64,000 nt of DNA from Bacteroidota bacterium (GTDB taxonomy: Bacteria > Bacteroidota > Bacteroidia > Bacteroidales > JAAYUG01): the NCBI GenBank assembly GCA_029571215.1, contig JAKPTE010000014.1, forward strand, positions 28,082-92,081. The letters are read 5' to 3'. Positions 29,176-39,033 of this stretch are shown in pieces; positions within the stretch are counted from its first letter, which is position 1; each line of letters starts with the position of its first letter. Position numbers and translations under genes: made by a program. The notes beneath the pieces are model-generated. The model searched no databases and was not told the origin of the DNA. It worked only from the letters and a program-made list of their open reading frames with translations.

Positions 29176-29215
29176 AATTCCGGCCAAAGTTACATTTTTA
29201 AAACATGGCCGGAAT
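29176..29215 (-). terminator. Terminator hairpin downstream of gdhA
   Basis: 9-bp stem ATTCCGGCC/GGCCGGAAT with a 21-nt loop. On the minus strand it is followed by TATTTTTTATGG, a U-tract that runs into the tatD ATG. Confidence 0.45.
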
Positions 29216-29268
29216 AGTATTTTGCAGCAATATAATCAATTTTCAGATTCCATAAGAGATTAGGCGAC

Positions 29269-30609
29269 TTAGACAACACCCTGAGCGAGCATTGCATCGG
29301 CAACCTTAACAAATCCTCCAATATTGGCACCATTTACATAATTGATGTATCCACTATCTTCCTTGCCGTATTTCACACAAGTTTCATGAATATTGTGCAT
29401 AATGGTTCGCAACCGGCTGTCAACTTCTTCACGTTGCCAGGGAAGGCGCATGCTGTTCTGCGTCATTTCAAGTCCGGAAACAGCGACACCTCCTGCATTA
29501 GCTGCCTTTCCAGGAGCATAAAGAATGCCCGCTTTCAGGAAAACTTCAACTGCTTCCGGGGTGGAGGGCATATTGGCGCCCTCAGCAACGCAGATGCACC
29601 CGTTTTTCACAAGTTCCCTGGCGTCATCTCCAGTTATTTCATTTTGGGTGGCATTAGGAAAAGCAATATCGCATTTGACTTTCCAGGGACGTTCATTCTC
29701 GTAATATTCGCATCCGAATTTATCGGCATATTCCCTTATTCTGCCTCTCCGGATATTTTTCAGTTCAAAAATGAATGCAAGTTTTTCCGCATAAATGCCT
29801 CTGGGGTCATAAATGTACCCGTTTGAATCGGACATGGTTACAACCCTGGCTCCCAGTTCAATGCATTTCTGGGCAGCATACTGGGCAACATTGCCTGAAC
29901 CGGAAATAGCGACAATTTTCCCTTTGATTTCCTGTCCGCGTGTTTTCAGCATTTCCTGGGCAAAATATACCACGCCGTAACCGGTCGCTTCGGGCCTGAT
30001 CAGGCTTCCACCATATTCAATTCCCTTTCCGGTAAGAACTCCTGTAAACTCGTTTCTCAGGCGCTTATACATTCCAAACAGGTAACCGATTTCCCTGCCT
30101 CCGACCCCAATATCTCCCGCAGGTACATCGGTATCGGGTCCAATATGCCGGAATAGCTCACACATAAAGCTCTGGCAAAACTTCATTACTTCATTGTCTG
30201 TTTTGCCTTTGGGGTCAAAATCTGATCCACCCTTGCCACCACCCATAGGCAACGTTGTCAGACTGTTCTTAAAGACCTGTTCAAAAGCAAGAAATTTCAG
30301 AATGCTCAGGTTTACCGTCGGATGAAAGCGCAGCCCTCCCTTGTAAGGACCAATGGCAGAATTCATCTCAATCCGGTAGCCCCTGTTAATTTCAATTTCA
30401 CCTTTATCATTGATCCAGGGAACCCGGAAAATAATTACCCGTTCCGGCTCGGCAATCCTTTCAAGGATGCGGGCATGTTTGTATTTCGGATGTTCCTCAA
30501 TAAACGGGATCAACGATTCGGCAACTTCCATTACCGCCTGGTGAAATTCCGGTTCTCCGGGATTACGGGCCTTGATTCTGGCCATGAATTGTTCAATTCG
30601 GATATCCAT
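29269..30609 (-). CDS. gdhA: NADP-specific glutamate dehydrogenase
   Basis: 446 aa with the Glu/Leu/Phe/Val dehydrogenase active-site motif LPMGGGKGGSDFDPKG. Confidence 0.95.
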   Translation of the reverse strand: MDIRIEQFMARIKARNPGEPEFHQAVMEVAESLIPFIEEHPKYKHARILERIAEPERVIIFRVPWINDKGEIEINRGYRIEMNSAIGPYKGGLRFHPTVNLSILKFLAFEQVFKNSLTTLPMGGGKGGSDFDPKGKTDNEVMKFCQSFMCELFRHIGPDTDVPAGDIGVGGREIGYLFGMYKRLRNEFTGVLTGKGIEYGGSLIRPEATGYGVVYFAQEMLKTRGQEIKGKIVAISGSGNVAQYAAQKCIELGARVVTMSDSNGYIYDPRGIYAEKLAFIFELKNIRRGRIREYADKFGCEYYENERPWKVKCDIAFPNATQNEITGDDARELVKNGCICVAEGANMPSTPEAVEVFLKAGILYAPGKAANAGGVAVSGLEMTQNSMRLPWQREEVDSRLRTIMHNIHETCVKYGKEDSGYINYVNGANIGGFVKVADAMLAQGVV

Positions 30610-30653
30610 AGGGTTGAATTTTATGTATTCAAACTTATTAATTCAGTCTGGTT

Positions 30654-30702
30654 TTAATCAATGCAATGAATATATTTAACAACATATTTATTAATCAATG
30701 CA
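30654..30702. repeat. Two perfect 12-bp direct repeats TTAATCAATGCA, 37 bp apart, upstream of gdhA
   Basis: Copies at 30654-30665 and 30691-30702, i.e. 45-93 nt upstream of the gdhA ATG at 30609. Confidence 0.8.
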
Positions 30703-30785
30703 TTATCTGCCTATTACATGGTTTTTTCCCGATATAGGATACCAGACAGGAGCCTTCGGGGAAGGCTTTTCCTTAAAGACTTTAC

Positions 30786-31892
30786 TCAGCCCAGCTGATA
30801 AACTTTTCCCGGCAGGCATTCCACTCTGCCGGATAACTCAAGGTTCAGAAGAATTTCAGCCAGTTTGTTGACCGGGATGTCGGCAGCCAGAGCCAGTTCA
30901 TCCACCAGCATAGGACCCCGGGTTCGCAGCATATCAAGAATGATTTTTTCGATACCCGTTGGTTCAGCAAATAAAACCTGCTGACGGGGTGTGTCTTTCT
31001 TCTCAGGCAACCATCCAAGAACATATTCCAGGTCAGAGGCCGATGTAATAAGTGCTGCCTTGTTCAGACGTATCAGGCGGTTACATCCGGCCGAATACAT
31101 ATCAGTAGCTCTTCCGGGAAAGGCAAGCACATCCCGGTTGTATGATACGGCAATATCGGCAGTAACCAGAGCCCCTCCTTTCTCAGCCGATTCAACCACG
31201 ATGGTGGCTTCGGAAAGTCCGGCAATAATCCGGTTACGGCGCAGAAAATTATTCCTTTCTGCTTTCACATCGCTCACAAAATCAGTTACCAGGGCACCCT
31301 CCCTGCAAATCTCCCTGGCTACCTGAGCATGCAGGGATGGATAAATAGTACTGAGCCCGTGTCCCAGCACGGCAACGGTTGGTTGTCTGGCCTTCAGCGA
31401 AGCTCTGTGGGCTGCCACATCTATTCCGTAGGCCAGTCCGCTTACAACGGTAAACCGGTAGCCTTTTTCCGTAAGCCGGTCGATCAGTTCATAACACATT
31501 TTTTTTCCATATCCGGTAGCAGACCTGGTGCCCACCACTGCAATCATATGCTCCGCATTCAGATCCGCCTCCCCTTTTACATACAGCACCAGCGGGGCAT
31601 CCGGACATTGGCGCAGGCGCTCAGGATATTCACTGTCGCGGAAAGTGAGCGCCTTGATCCTGTACCGGTCAAGAAAACGAAGTTCTGCCTCGGCCCTTGA
31701 CAGGGTTTGAGCGTGCAAAATACGATCGGCCATGGTTTCTCCTATACCGGGTATCTGCAAAAGTTCCCTGCGCCGCATGGATAAAACCGCCTGGCTGCTA
31801 CCGGCATAGGCAATCAGCTGACGTGCAGTAATGCTGCCCACTCCCGGGATAAGACTAAGGGCAATGTCGTGCAATAAGCTATCTTCCTCCAT
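30786..31892 (-). CDS. dprA: DNA-processing protein DprA (Smf)
   Basis: 368 aa with the Rossmann-like core GLAYGIDVAAH and a C-terminal winged-helix-like tail. Confidence 0.9.
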   Translation of the reverse strand: MEEDSLLHDIALSLIPGVGSITARQLIAYAGSSQAVLSMRRRELLQIPGIGETMADRILHAQTLSRAEAELRFLDRYRIKALTFRDSEYPERLRQCPDAPLVLYVKGEADLNAEHMIAVVGTRSATGYGKKMCYELIDRLTEKGYRFTVVSGLAYGIDVAAHRASLKARQPTVAVLGHGLSTIYPSLHAQVAREICREGALVTDFVSDVKAERNNFLRRNRIIAGLSEATIVVESAEKGGALVTADIAVSYNRDVLAFPGRATDMYSAGCNRLIRLNKAALITSASDLEYVLGWLPEKKDTPRQQVLFAEPTGIEKIILDMLRTRGPMLVDELALAADIPVNKLAEILLNLELSGRVECLPGKVYQLG

Positions 31893-32358
31893 ATTTCTGT
31901 AACGATCTCAGCAGCAAATTCTTCTCTTTTTCTGAAAGGGAAGAAATACTAACGGGAGGATACCGGAATAACCCTGCTTTGTCTTTCTGGTACAACACGA
32001 TTTTAGGTACCAGCCCCAACAAATCTTTCCTTATTTCATAACCTGCAAAGGATTCCTTCGGTATCTCCACCGAACTCTTAACCTGGCTGAGTGGTCGCAT
32101 GGAGTAATATCGGAAAATGATCTTCTGTCCGTCATCATTAAAATAAATATAATTCAGATCCAGAAGATACACATATAAGGAATAGAGTACGTATAAAATC
32201 GAAATAATCAGAATATAATGAGCCCGCGTAAGCCCAAAAACAGGATTTCGGAAAACTTCCAGAAAAAGCACCACGCATACAAGACATACGAACACAACGG
32301 CCATAAGAAGACCGCGAAGACGGATTTTAATGGCTGTACGCTGAAGGTCAATGGTCAT
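31879..32358 (-). CDS. Hypothetical membrane protein (two TM plus soluble C-terminal domain)
   Basis: 159 aa with two hydrophobic helices and no motif I recognise. It overlaps the dprA start by 14 nt. Confidence 0.5.
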   Translation of the reverse strand: MTIDLQRTAIKIRLRGLLMAVVFVCLVCVVLFLEVFRNPVFGLTRAHYILIISILYVLYSLYVYLLDLNYIYFNDDGQKIIFRYYSMRPLSQVKSSVEIPKESFAGYEIRKDLLGLVPKIVLYQKDKAGLFRYPPVSISSLSEKEKNLLLRSLQKYGGR

Positions 32359-32524
32359 ATCCGAAAATTATGACCCTAAAATAGTTTTTTTATTTATACC
32401 AGAGGTTACTTTTACGTATTTTATGTTTCGCGACCGATGGAGGGAAAGGATATTCCCTCTTTCATTGTGAAGCAGGAAACATTATCTTTGCCATACCTCC
32501 TGTTCTCTTAATCATCTATTTCCT

Positions 32525-33766
32525 TTGGAAGCGAAAATTATCAGAGTAACGGCCCCTGAAGGAAGGATAGAAGCCGATATCAACCTTCCGTCCTCCAAAA
32601 GTATCAGCAACCGGCTGCTGATCATGAATGCACTGAGCGGAAACAAAATACGCATCCGGAATCTTTCTTCGAGTGCCGACACTATGGTTCTCAGAGACGC
32701 TCTTCAGCCGGGCAAGCGGGAGATCAACATAGGAAATGCCGGAACGGCCATGCGCTTTCTTACTGCATACCTCGCTGTAACAGAAGGAGAATATGTACTT
32801 ACGGGGTCGGAACGAATGTGCCAGCGCCCCATTGGAAAACTCGTGCAGGCACTTCGTCAACTGGGCGCCGATATCGGATATCTTGAAAATGAAGGGTTTC
32901 CACCCTTGACAATCAGAGGCAAAAGACTTCAGAAACAGGAAGTTGAAATTGATGGAAGTACCAGCAGTCAGTTTATCAGTGCCCTGCTGATGATTGCCCC
33001 GGTTCTGCCTCATGGACTTACCCTGAAACTTACCGGAAAAATAATTTCCCAACCGTATATACAGCTCACTCTGCGGCTTATGAAAATGGCAGGGATAGAA
33101 AGTACGTATTCCGGGAACCTTATCCGCATTGATCCCCAGCCATACCGGGAAACGGAAATCACCGCCGAACCCGACTGGAGCTCAGCTTCCTACTGGTATT
33201 CGATTGCCGCCCTATCGCGGGAATGTCGTATTACAATCCATGATCTTCCGGAAGAAAGTCTGCAGGGTGATTCGGTAATCGCTAGGTATTTTACCGCTCT
33301 GGGAGTTAAAACCGATTTCCGGCCACAGGGAGCCGTACTTTCCCGCATACCGGCAAGCTGTTCCTGGTTCGTGGAGAATTTCGAAGACACTCCCGACATG
33401 GTTCAAACGTTTGTGGTTTGCCTGGGCCTTCTGGGCATTCCTTTCCGTATCTCTGGCGCACAGAGCCTCCGGATCAAAGAAACGGACCGTATTGCTGCCC
33501 TTATGAACGAAATGAAAAAACTGGGAATAGTCCTCAGCGAGCCGGAAAACGGAGTTCTGGAATGGAGCGGCCGTACAGAAAAACCACTGCCCGGTCCATA
33601 TCGTTTTTCAACTTACGATGACCATCGCATGGCCATGTCCCTTGCTCCCGTTTGTCTGTCAGAACAATCCGTGTACATCGAAGATCCCGGTGTAGTGAAG
33701 AAATCGTATCCGGGTTTCTGGGACGATCTTGAAAAAGCGGGATTTGAAACCGAAATATTATTCTGA
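32525..33766 (+). CDS. aroA: 3-phosphoshikimate 1-carboxyvinyltransferase (EPSP synthase)
   Basis: 413 aa with LPSSKSISNR and GNAGTAMRFL. The only in-frame start after the upstream stop (32468-32470) is TTG 32525. Confidence 0.92.
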   Translation: MEAKIIRVTAPEGRIEADINLPSSKSISNRLLIMNALSGNKIRIRNLSSSADTMVLRDALQPGKREINIGNAGTAMRFLTAYLAVTEGEYVLTGSERMCQRPIGKLVQALRQLGADIGYLENEGFPPLTIRGKRLQKQEVEIDGSTSSQFISALLMIAPVLPHGLTLKLTGKIISQPYIQLTLRLMKMAGIESTYSGNLIRIDPQPYRETEITAEPDWSSASYWYSIAALSRECRITIHDLPEESLQGDSVIARYFTALGVKTDFRPQGAVLSRIPASCSWFVENFEDTPDMVQTFVVCLGLLGIPFRISGAQSLRIKETDRIAALMNEMKKLGIVLSEPENGVLEWSGRTEKPLPGPYRFSTYDDHRMAMSLAPVCLSEQSVYIEDPGVVKKSYPGFWDDLEKAGFETEILF

Positions 33767-34004
33767 AAATTTAACCTGATTCATGCATTAGAAATGCATT
33801 CATCATCCTCCGGGCCGATTAAATCTTTGATTCATCGGGGTTAACCCGGATGCCATCCTTCATCTCCATCCCGCTATGCATTAGGTCGCTTCTCTCCTGA
33901 CGCATAATCCGGGTTTAACAAAACAAGAACGTAAGAAAAAACTTAAATTTCCGGATCTTAAAATTCCTTCCCAAATCATTGTTTTAAAAAGCCTTTTACA
34001 AATC

Positions 34005-34940
34005 TCAGGAAGATATTTCCAGCATTCTTTCGATTGGTTTTCTTGCCCGTTCAATTATTTCCGGGTCAAGAAGAATTTCAAATTTTTCTTCGTTCAGGCT
34101 GTCGTAAATTTTCTGAAGGGTATGCATCTTCATAAAGATGCATTCGCTGCATCCGCAGGTTGAGTCGATTGGTGGAGCAGGGATAAAGGTTTTTCGCGGG
34201 TTTCGTTTGCGCATCTGATGCAGGATACCTGACTCAGTAGCTACAATATATTCGTTCCCCTGATCAGACTCAACAAAGCGCAGCAAAGCAGACGTTGATC
34301 CGATATAATCGGCCGCCAGCAGAACGGGTTTCTCGCATTCGGGATGTGCGATCAGTTTGGCATGAGGATATTCTTTTTTCAATGTTAGGATCTTTTCGAG
34401 CGAAAACTTTTCGTGTACATGGCAGGCACCATCCCAGAGCACCATATCGCGTCCTGTGATGCTGTTCAAAAAATTGCCCAGATTTTTATCCGGGGCGAAA
34501 ATAATCTTCTGGTCTTCGGGAATGCTTTGAATAACCTGCAAGGCATTTGAAGAAGTACAGGTAATATCGGTCATTGCCTTGATCTCAGCCGAGGTATTCA
34601 CATAGGATACCACAACATGATCAGGATATTTTGCCCGGAACTCCCGAAAGGCATCGGCAGGACAAGAGTCGGCCAGAGAACAGCCTGCATTCGGGTCAGG
34701 AATCAGGACCTTTTTTTTGGGAGACAGAATCTTCGCCGTTTCGGCCATAAAGTGCACGCCGGCGAAGACAATAACATCAGCATCTGTTGCAGCTGACTTC
34801 CGGGATAAATCCAAACTGTCACCTACAAAATCAGCAATATCCTGTATCTCAGGAATCTGATAAAAATGCGCAAGAATAACCGCATTTTTCTCCTTCCTGA
34901 GACGGTTGATTTTTTCAATTAAACCTGCATCATTCCCCAT
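34005..34940 (-). CDS. nadA: Quinolinate synthase
   Basis: 311 aa with the NadA pattern GVHFMAETAKIL and conserved Cys residues (ACHVHE, CGCSEC). Confidence 0.92.
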   Translation of the reverse strand: MGNDAGLIEKINRLRKEKNAVILAHFYQIPEIQDIADFVGDSLDLSRKSAATDADVIVFAGVHFMAETAKILSPKKKVLIPDPNAGCSLADSCPADAFREFRAKYPDHVVVSYVNTSAEIKAMTDITCTSSNALQVIQSIPEDQKIIFAPDKNLGNFLNSITGRDMVLWDGACHVHEKFSLEKILTLKKEYPHAKLIAHPECEKPVLLAADYIGSTSALLRFVESDQGNEYIVATESGILHQMRKRNPRKTFIPAPPIDSTCGCSECIFMKMHTLQKIYDSLNEEKFEILLDPEIIERARKPIERMLEISS

Positions 34941-34955
34941 AATCTCAAAAAGATG

Positions 34956-35147
34956 TTACTCTTCGTACCTGATCACTTCAACCGGACAACTTTCAGCTGC
35001 CTCTTTAATCTGTGCCTCAAAAGCAGCATAATCAACACCTTCAATAACCCTCGCCTGGTCCTCAACTACAAACACTTCAGGACAAATATCCTGACAAAGC
35101 CCGCAGGCAGTACAACCTTCTTCAATCCAAACCTTTTTGATGGCCAT
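34956..35147 (-). CDS. Small [4Fe-4S]/[3Fe-4S] ferredoxin
   Basis: 63 aa with CTACGLCQDICP plus a distal CP (AESCPVEVI). It ends 15 nt upstream of nadA. Confidence 0.85.
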   Translation of the reverse strand: MAIKKVWIEEGCTACGLCQDICPEVFVVEDQARVIEGVDYAAFEAQIKEAAESCPVEVIRYEE

Positions 35148-35289
35148 TTTCCTAAATTTTAATGATTGAAAATCAATGTATTAAAATATTAACACCAACG
35201 GTTGCTAAACTTCTCAGTAACTATATTTCATTAAAATACTCTGTGCAAATTTACCATAAATTCGGGATATAATTATCTTTTTCTATTCT

Positions 35290-35754
35290 TTATCCGTTTC
35301 GTTTTTTTTGAAAAAATTCGCGCATCAGCTGGGCACACTCATTTTCAAGTACACCCGACCTGATCTGTGTTCCGGGGTGCAGTATTTCCCCTTTGAAAAG
35401 GCTGTACCCTCTTTTGGGGTCAGGTGTACCATAAACAATTCGCCCCATCTGTACCCAGAATAAAGCACCTGCGCACATTACACAGGGTTCCACCGTGACA
35501 TACAAAGTACAATCGGGAAGGTATTTACCTCCCAGGGCATTCGCGGCGGCAGTGAGGGCCATCATCTCCGCATGGGCAGTTACATCATTCAGAGTTTCCG
35601 AGAGGTTATGTGCCCGGGCCAGAATACGGTTTTCAGCTACCACGACTGCCCCGACGGGAACCTCGTCCTTTTCGAAGGCTTTCCTGGCTTCTTTCAGGGC
35701 CTCGTTCATAAAATATTCATCCGAAAATAACGGCCAGTTCATAAAGACATGCAT
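35290..35754 (-). CDS. tadA: tRNA-specific adenosine deaminase (CDA fold)
   Basis: 154 aa with the zinc motifs HAEM and PCVMCAGA. The start is ambiguous between M1 at 35754 and M5 at 35742. Confidence 0.88.
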   Translation of the reverse strand: MHVFMNWPLFSDEYFMNEALKEARKAFEKDEVPVGAVVVAENRILARAHNLSETLNDVTAHAEMMALTAAANALGGKYLPDCTLYVTVEPCVMCAGALFWVQMGRIVYGTPDPKRGYSLFKGEILHPGTQIRSGVLENECAQLMREFFQKKRNG

Positions 35755-35817
35755 GAAGGATATGCCTTCAAAGTTCGCTTTTTTTCCTATTTTCGCAACC
35801 GTTGTAAATTATTAAGT

Positions 35818-37584
35818 ATGTATAGAACTCACACATGCGGAGAACTAAGGATAGACGACACAGGGAAAACGGTTATCCTGGCCGGCTGGATTCAGCGAAG
35901 CCGGGATCTTGGAGGCATGACATTCATTGACCTGCGCGACCGGTATGGCATTACCCAGCTTGTGTTTAATATGGAAACCCGGCCAGAGTTGTGCATTCAG
36001 GCACGTAAACTGGGCAGGGAATATGTTGTTTCCGTTACCGGCAGGGTTAAGGAACGTGACAGTAAAAACCCGAAACTTCCCACGGGAGACATCGAAATTG
36101 AAGCTGAAAAACTTGTTGTACTGAATCCATCAGAGGTTCCTCCGTTTACTATTGAAGAAGTTTCTGACGGTGGTGATGACCTCCGGATGAAATATCGTTA
36201 TCTTGATCTGCGCCGACCTCCGCTGAAAAGGAATCTCGAACTGCGGCATCGCATGGCCCAGGAAGTACGCAGATATCTGGATCAGCAGGGTTTTATTGAA
36301 ATTGAGACCCCGGTTCTGGTGAATTCGACTCCCGAAGGTGCCCGCGACTTTGTTGTTCCTTCCCGCATGAATCCCGGTCAGTTTTACGCCCTGCCCCAGT
36401 CACCCCAGACGCTTAAACAGCTTTTAATGGTGGCAGGTTATGACCGGTATTTTCAGATTGTCAAGTGCTTCCGCGATGAAGACCTGCGGGCTGACCGACA
36501 GCCGGAATTTACCCAGATTGACTGTGAAATGTCCTTTGTGGATGTGCCCGATATTATTGCAACATTTGAAGGACTTGCCCGCCACCTTTTTTTTGCAGTA
36601 AAAGGCATCCGGTTCGATGATCCTTTTCCCCGCATGACCTACCGGGAAGCCATGGATAAATACGGGAGCGATAAACCTGATCTTCGATTTGGAATGGAAA
36701 TCATTGATTTTACTACACTTTCCAGGGGAAAAGGCTTTCAGGTGTTTGATACCGCAGAATTCGTAGGCGGAATTTGCGCTCCCGGCTGCGGGGGATACTC
36801 ACGAAAGGAACTCGATGCCCTTACCGAGTGGGTCAAACGGCCTCAGGTTGGTGCTAAAGGGTTAATCTACATTAAGTCGGAATCAGAAGGACAATTAAAA
36901 TCGTCCATTGACAAATTTTTCACCCCTGCCGATTTGCAGGAATGGATGAAGACAGCCAAAGCCCAGGCCGGTGACCTTCTTCTTGTCATGGCGGGGCCGA
37001 AAGAAAAAACGCTTAAGGCACTTGGCGAGCTTCGCATTGAAATGGGTAATCGTCTGGGAATGAGAGATAAAAATACTTTCAAACCCCTCTGGGTGGTTGA
37101 CTTCCCTTTGCTTGAATGGGATGATGAAGAAAAACGGTATTTTGCCATGCACCATCCGTTCACTTCACCGCTTGAAGAAGATATTCCCCTGCTCGATACC
37201 AATCCTGCCCAGGTACGTGCACAAGCATACGATTTTGTCATCAACGGAGTAGAAATCGGCGGCGGATCTATCCGTATTCACCGTGCCGAGATTCAGCAAC
37301 TTATGTTTAAAAGCCTTGGATTTACAAAGGAAGAAGCAGAAAAAAAATTCGGATTCCTTATGAACGCATTCCGGTACGGTGCCCCGCCCCATGGCGGAAT
37401 AGCCTTCGGGTTTGACCGCTGGTGTGCCCTTTTTGCAGGTCTTGATTCCATCCGCGATATTATTGCCTTTCCCAAGAACAACTCCGGAAGGGATGTGATG
37501 CTCGACACACCTTCGGAATTACAACCCCGTCAGCTTGATGAGCTTCATATCAGAGTGGTTGAAAAGGAAGATTCTGGTCATTGA
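35818..37584 (+). CDS. aspS: Aspartyl-tRNA synthetase
   Basis: The track ORF begins at 35749 and overlaps tadA. ATG 35818 gives the canonical [11 protein letters not shown]. Class II motifs include [24 protein letters not shown]. Confidence 0.95.
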   Translation: MYRTHTCGELRIDDTGKTVILAGWIQRSRDLGGMTFIDLRDRYGITQLVFNMETRPELCIQARKLGREYVVSVTGRVKERDSKNPKLPTGDIEIEAEKLVVLNPSEVPPFTIEEVSDGGDDLRMKYRYLDLRRPPLKRNLELRHRMAQEVRRYLDQQGFIEIETPVLVNSTPEGARDFVVPSRMNPGQFYALPQSPQTLKQLLMVAGYDRYFQIVKCFRDEDLRADRQPEFTQIDCEMSFVDVPDIIATFEGLARHLFFAVKGIRFDDPFPRMTYREAMDKYGSDKPDLRFGMEIIDFTTLSRGKGFQVFDTAEFVGGICAPGCGGYSRKELDALTEWVKRPQVGAKGLIYIKSESEGQLKSSIDKFFTPADLQEWMKTAKAQAGDLLLVMAGPKEKTLKALGELRIEMGNRLGMRDKNTFKPLWVVDFPLLEWDDEEKRYFAMHHPFTSPLEEDIPLLDTNPAQVRAQAYDFVINGVEIGGGSIRIHRAEIQQLMFKSLGFTKEEAEKKFGFLMNAFRYGAPPHGGIAFGFDRWCALFAGLDSIRDIIAFPKNNSGRDVMLDTPSELQPRQLDELHIRVVEKEDSGH

Positions 37585-37645
37585 TTTGTCATTTTGATGA
37601 ATAAGTACTAAATTCGCTCAAATTACAAACCTTATTCCTACTACC

Positions 37646-38296
37646 ATGAAAAAACTCATCGTTTTACTGCTGGGAATTTGCCTTCTGGTTCCGGGCTTTT
37701 TTTCAACGGTCTCTGCTCAGGAGCAGGAAAAAGACTTCCGTTTTACCATAAAAACCAATCCTCTTGCTGCTGCTGCAGGGCCTTTATGGGTTGTCATAAT
37801 TCCCATCACCGGCGAATATCGTCTCTTATTCGAAAGCAGGACCATGCAGAAACAATCCGTTCAGATCGGAGCCAGTTATCTGGGAGCACCTTTACTTATC
37901 AATCCCGATACATGGACAAAGGGAGATACCGGGCTTAATTTTGGCGGATACCGGGTACAGTTTATGTACAAGTTTTTCATTACCGGTGAAAAAGCACCTG
38001 AGGGTTTCTACCTTGCTCCTCATATTTCATGGGCCACCGCAAAAATCAAGAGCACACTTAATGAGAATGACTACCTGCAGGCATCCAAACTTAATATTAA
38101 TGCCGTGCTGGGGTACCAGATTATCTCCAAAGGCGGTTTTGCCCTGGATATCTTCACCGGTCTGGGACTGAAGAATCGTGATTACAAACTCTCACAGAAC
38201 GGGGATTTTCTGGATATCGAGAACCTGAATGATGTCCTGGGAAAGAAATACAGACCTGCCCTTGTATTTGGACTAAACTTCGGATACGCTTTCTGA
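37646..38296 (+). CDS. Outer-membrane beta-barrel protein (DUF3575-like)
   Basis: 216 aa with a signal peptide (LLVPGFFSTVSAQE), alternating amphipathic strands and a C-terminal aromatic residue (FGYAF). Confidence 0.6.
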   Translation: MKKLIVLLLGICLLVPGFFSTVSAQEQEKDFRFTIKTNPLAAAAGPLWVVIIPITGEYRLLFESRTMQKQSVQIGASYLGAPLLINPDTWTKGDTGLNFGGYRVQFMYKFFITGEKAPEGFYLAPHISWATAKIKSTLNENDYLQASKLNINAVLGYQIISKGGFALDIFTGLGLKNRDYKLSQNGDFLDIENLNDVLGKKYRPALVFGLNFGYAF

Positions 38297-38518
38297 TAGG
38301 GAGTATCTTGCTCCTTTTCTTAATAAAATACCACACGAGAATGCCGGAGAAATCTTATGTGCCGGAAGTTATTGATATGCCGTCATTTATTTTTGTTAAT
38401 GAATTTTATTGTGAAAAACATATTCCTTTGTGTTGAAAAATACATTTCAAAAATTACATTTGCTGATGTAATTAATCTATTTTCGGGAATCTGATTCATT
38501 GAGGAGAAAGAGAATAAT

Positions 38519-38878
38519 ATGCTGCTGATTGAAAGAACCAGTCATGATGACCTGAAAGTCCGGTTCAGAAATCTTACCCGGCTCACTGCCGAAAAGGCTT
38601 CCAGACTGAATGAAGATATTGCCGGATACCTTGAAAGTCCCTGCCGTTGTTTAAACCTTGACATGGAAGGCATCCATTTCATCGATGCAAAAAGTTTTGA
38701 TGTCCTTGTAAGACTGCATTATGTTCTTGAAGAAAGGGGCATCCGGCTTTTCCTCCGGAATGTATCGGACGAAATCTGGGATCTGATTGACTTAATGCAG
38801 CTCACCGGAACGTTTCATATTGAACGGACCCAGGTTGCTCCCTACGAAGTTCCCGTGCCTAATCCATATCTCAGCTGA
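38519..38878 (+). CDS. STAS-domain protein (anti-sigma-factor-antagonist fold)
   Basis: 119 aa. LNLDMEGIHFIDAKSFDVLVRL aligns with the SpoIIAA/RsbV core. No partner kinase or phosphatase is present in the window. Confidence 0.65.
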   Translation: MLLIERTSHDDLKVRFRNLTRLTAEKASRLNEDIAGYLESPCRCLNLDMEGIHFIDAKSFDVLVRLHYVLEERGIRLFLRNVSDEIWDLIDLMQLTGTFHIERTQVAPYEVPVPNPYLS

Positions 38879-38976
38879 GGTATTAACTCTTTCTGAGTAT
38901 CAGCTTTTGACTTGAGCATAATGCTGGTCTAAGGTTAACAGACAGTATGCGCTGATAATGATATGTTTCCAAAAGA

Positions 38977-39011
38977 GAACAGGAGGTTACCTAAAAAATA
39001 ACCTCCTGTTC
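38977..39011 (-). terminator. Terminator of the Zn-peptidase gene
   Basis: Perfect 13-bp stem GAACAGGAGGTTA/TAACCTCCTGTTC with a 9-nt loop. On the minus strand it is followed by TCTTTTGG. Confidence 0.55.
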
Positions 39012-39033
39012 GTTATTCAGGCTAAAAGCGCGG

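Noticed and set aside
32516-33052. 178-aa minus-strand ORF opposite the aroA 5' half
   Set aside because: It is antisense to EPSP synthase (LPSSKSISNR, GNAGTAMRFL) and is a shadow ORF.
33767-34004. Riboswitch in the aroA-nadA spacer
   Set aside because: Both flanking genes converge on the spacer, so it lies 3' of both. It cannot be a 5' cis-regulatory riboswitch for either gene. It is reported only as an unexplained structured element.
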